This document shows positions 63,780 through 64,000 of a stretch of 64,000 bases of DNA, piece after piece. Source of the stretch: a virus. The DNA lies in IMG/VR virus record IMGVR_UViG_3300012953_006207, positions 1 to 64,000 of that record; one strand, 5' to 3'. Position 1 is the stretch's first letter. Each line of letters starts with the position of its first letter. Below the pieces are notes generated by a model, which was not told the DNA's origin, did no database searches, and saw nothing but the letters and a program-made list of their open reading frames with translations. The position numbers and the translations under genes are program-made.

Positions 63780-64000
63780 ATGAGTAATGAACTAAGCAGC
63801 GAACAAGGAAGCCTTGTTCTCGAAGAGTGGAACCGTGACCCTGAGAATCCTCCGTCGTTATATGATTTAACAAAAATTATTTTCCCAGAATTAGAAAAGG
63901 TGGATGGCAGATGCAAAGAGGGGAGAATGATAAAAGAGTTTTTAGCAAAGCATGGCTTAAAAGCTAGACCTTCAAACGAATACAAGCCTAAAGACAAAAT
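63780..64000 (+). CDS. Hypothetical protein, truncated by window edge
   Basis: ATG 63780 opens MSNELSSEQG... and the frame stays open to the end. Confidence 0.5.
   Translation, partial: MSNELSSEQGSLVLEEWNRDPENPPSLYDLTKIIFPELEKVDGRCKEGRMIKEFLAKHGLKARPSNEYKPKDK

Noticed and set aside
1-64000. Stop-codon reassignment
   Set aside because: Recognisable genes are full length under the standard code and end in TAA, TAG or TGA.

Overview
The window looks like a segment of a large dsDNA bacteriophage genome. It has dense short ORFs, the standard genetic code (TAA, TAG and TGA are all used as stops), phage-type PhoH, UvsE, GP88, Hsp20 and 2OG-Fe(II) oxygenase genes, and no rRNA, tRNA, CRISPR array or virion genes that I could recognise. 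There are three zones. (1) 1-29.4 kb carries auxiliary and regulatory genes (APS kinase, a 1387-aa SF2 helicase, ATE-like transferase, SET protein, AdoMetDC-like protein, ECF and RpoD-type sigma factors) followed by a glycan, sulfation and oxygenase island. (2) 29.4-54.5 kb is a + strand 'early / host-takeover'-like region of many tiny genes. (3) 54.7-64 kb holds dTDP-sugar genes, glycosyltransferases, PhoH and a third sigma-like gene. The most unusual content is non-coding and lies in zone 2. It includes about 20 sigma70-type promoters sharing a TTATTCCA spacer, most placing +1 at or next to the ATG (leaderless), and nine copies of a GC-rich imperfect hairpin whose two outer arms swap sides while the core keeps its polarity, bracketing gene cassettes. 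Sigma54-type GG-N10-GC sites and DnaA-box-like 9-mers are attached to these hairpins. A second palindrome replaces the -35 box at five promoters, and a promoter-driven, nested-stem ~390-nt ncRNA candidate lies at 48456-48845. All protein calls come from motif recognition by eye; no database search or folding was run.
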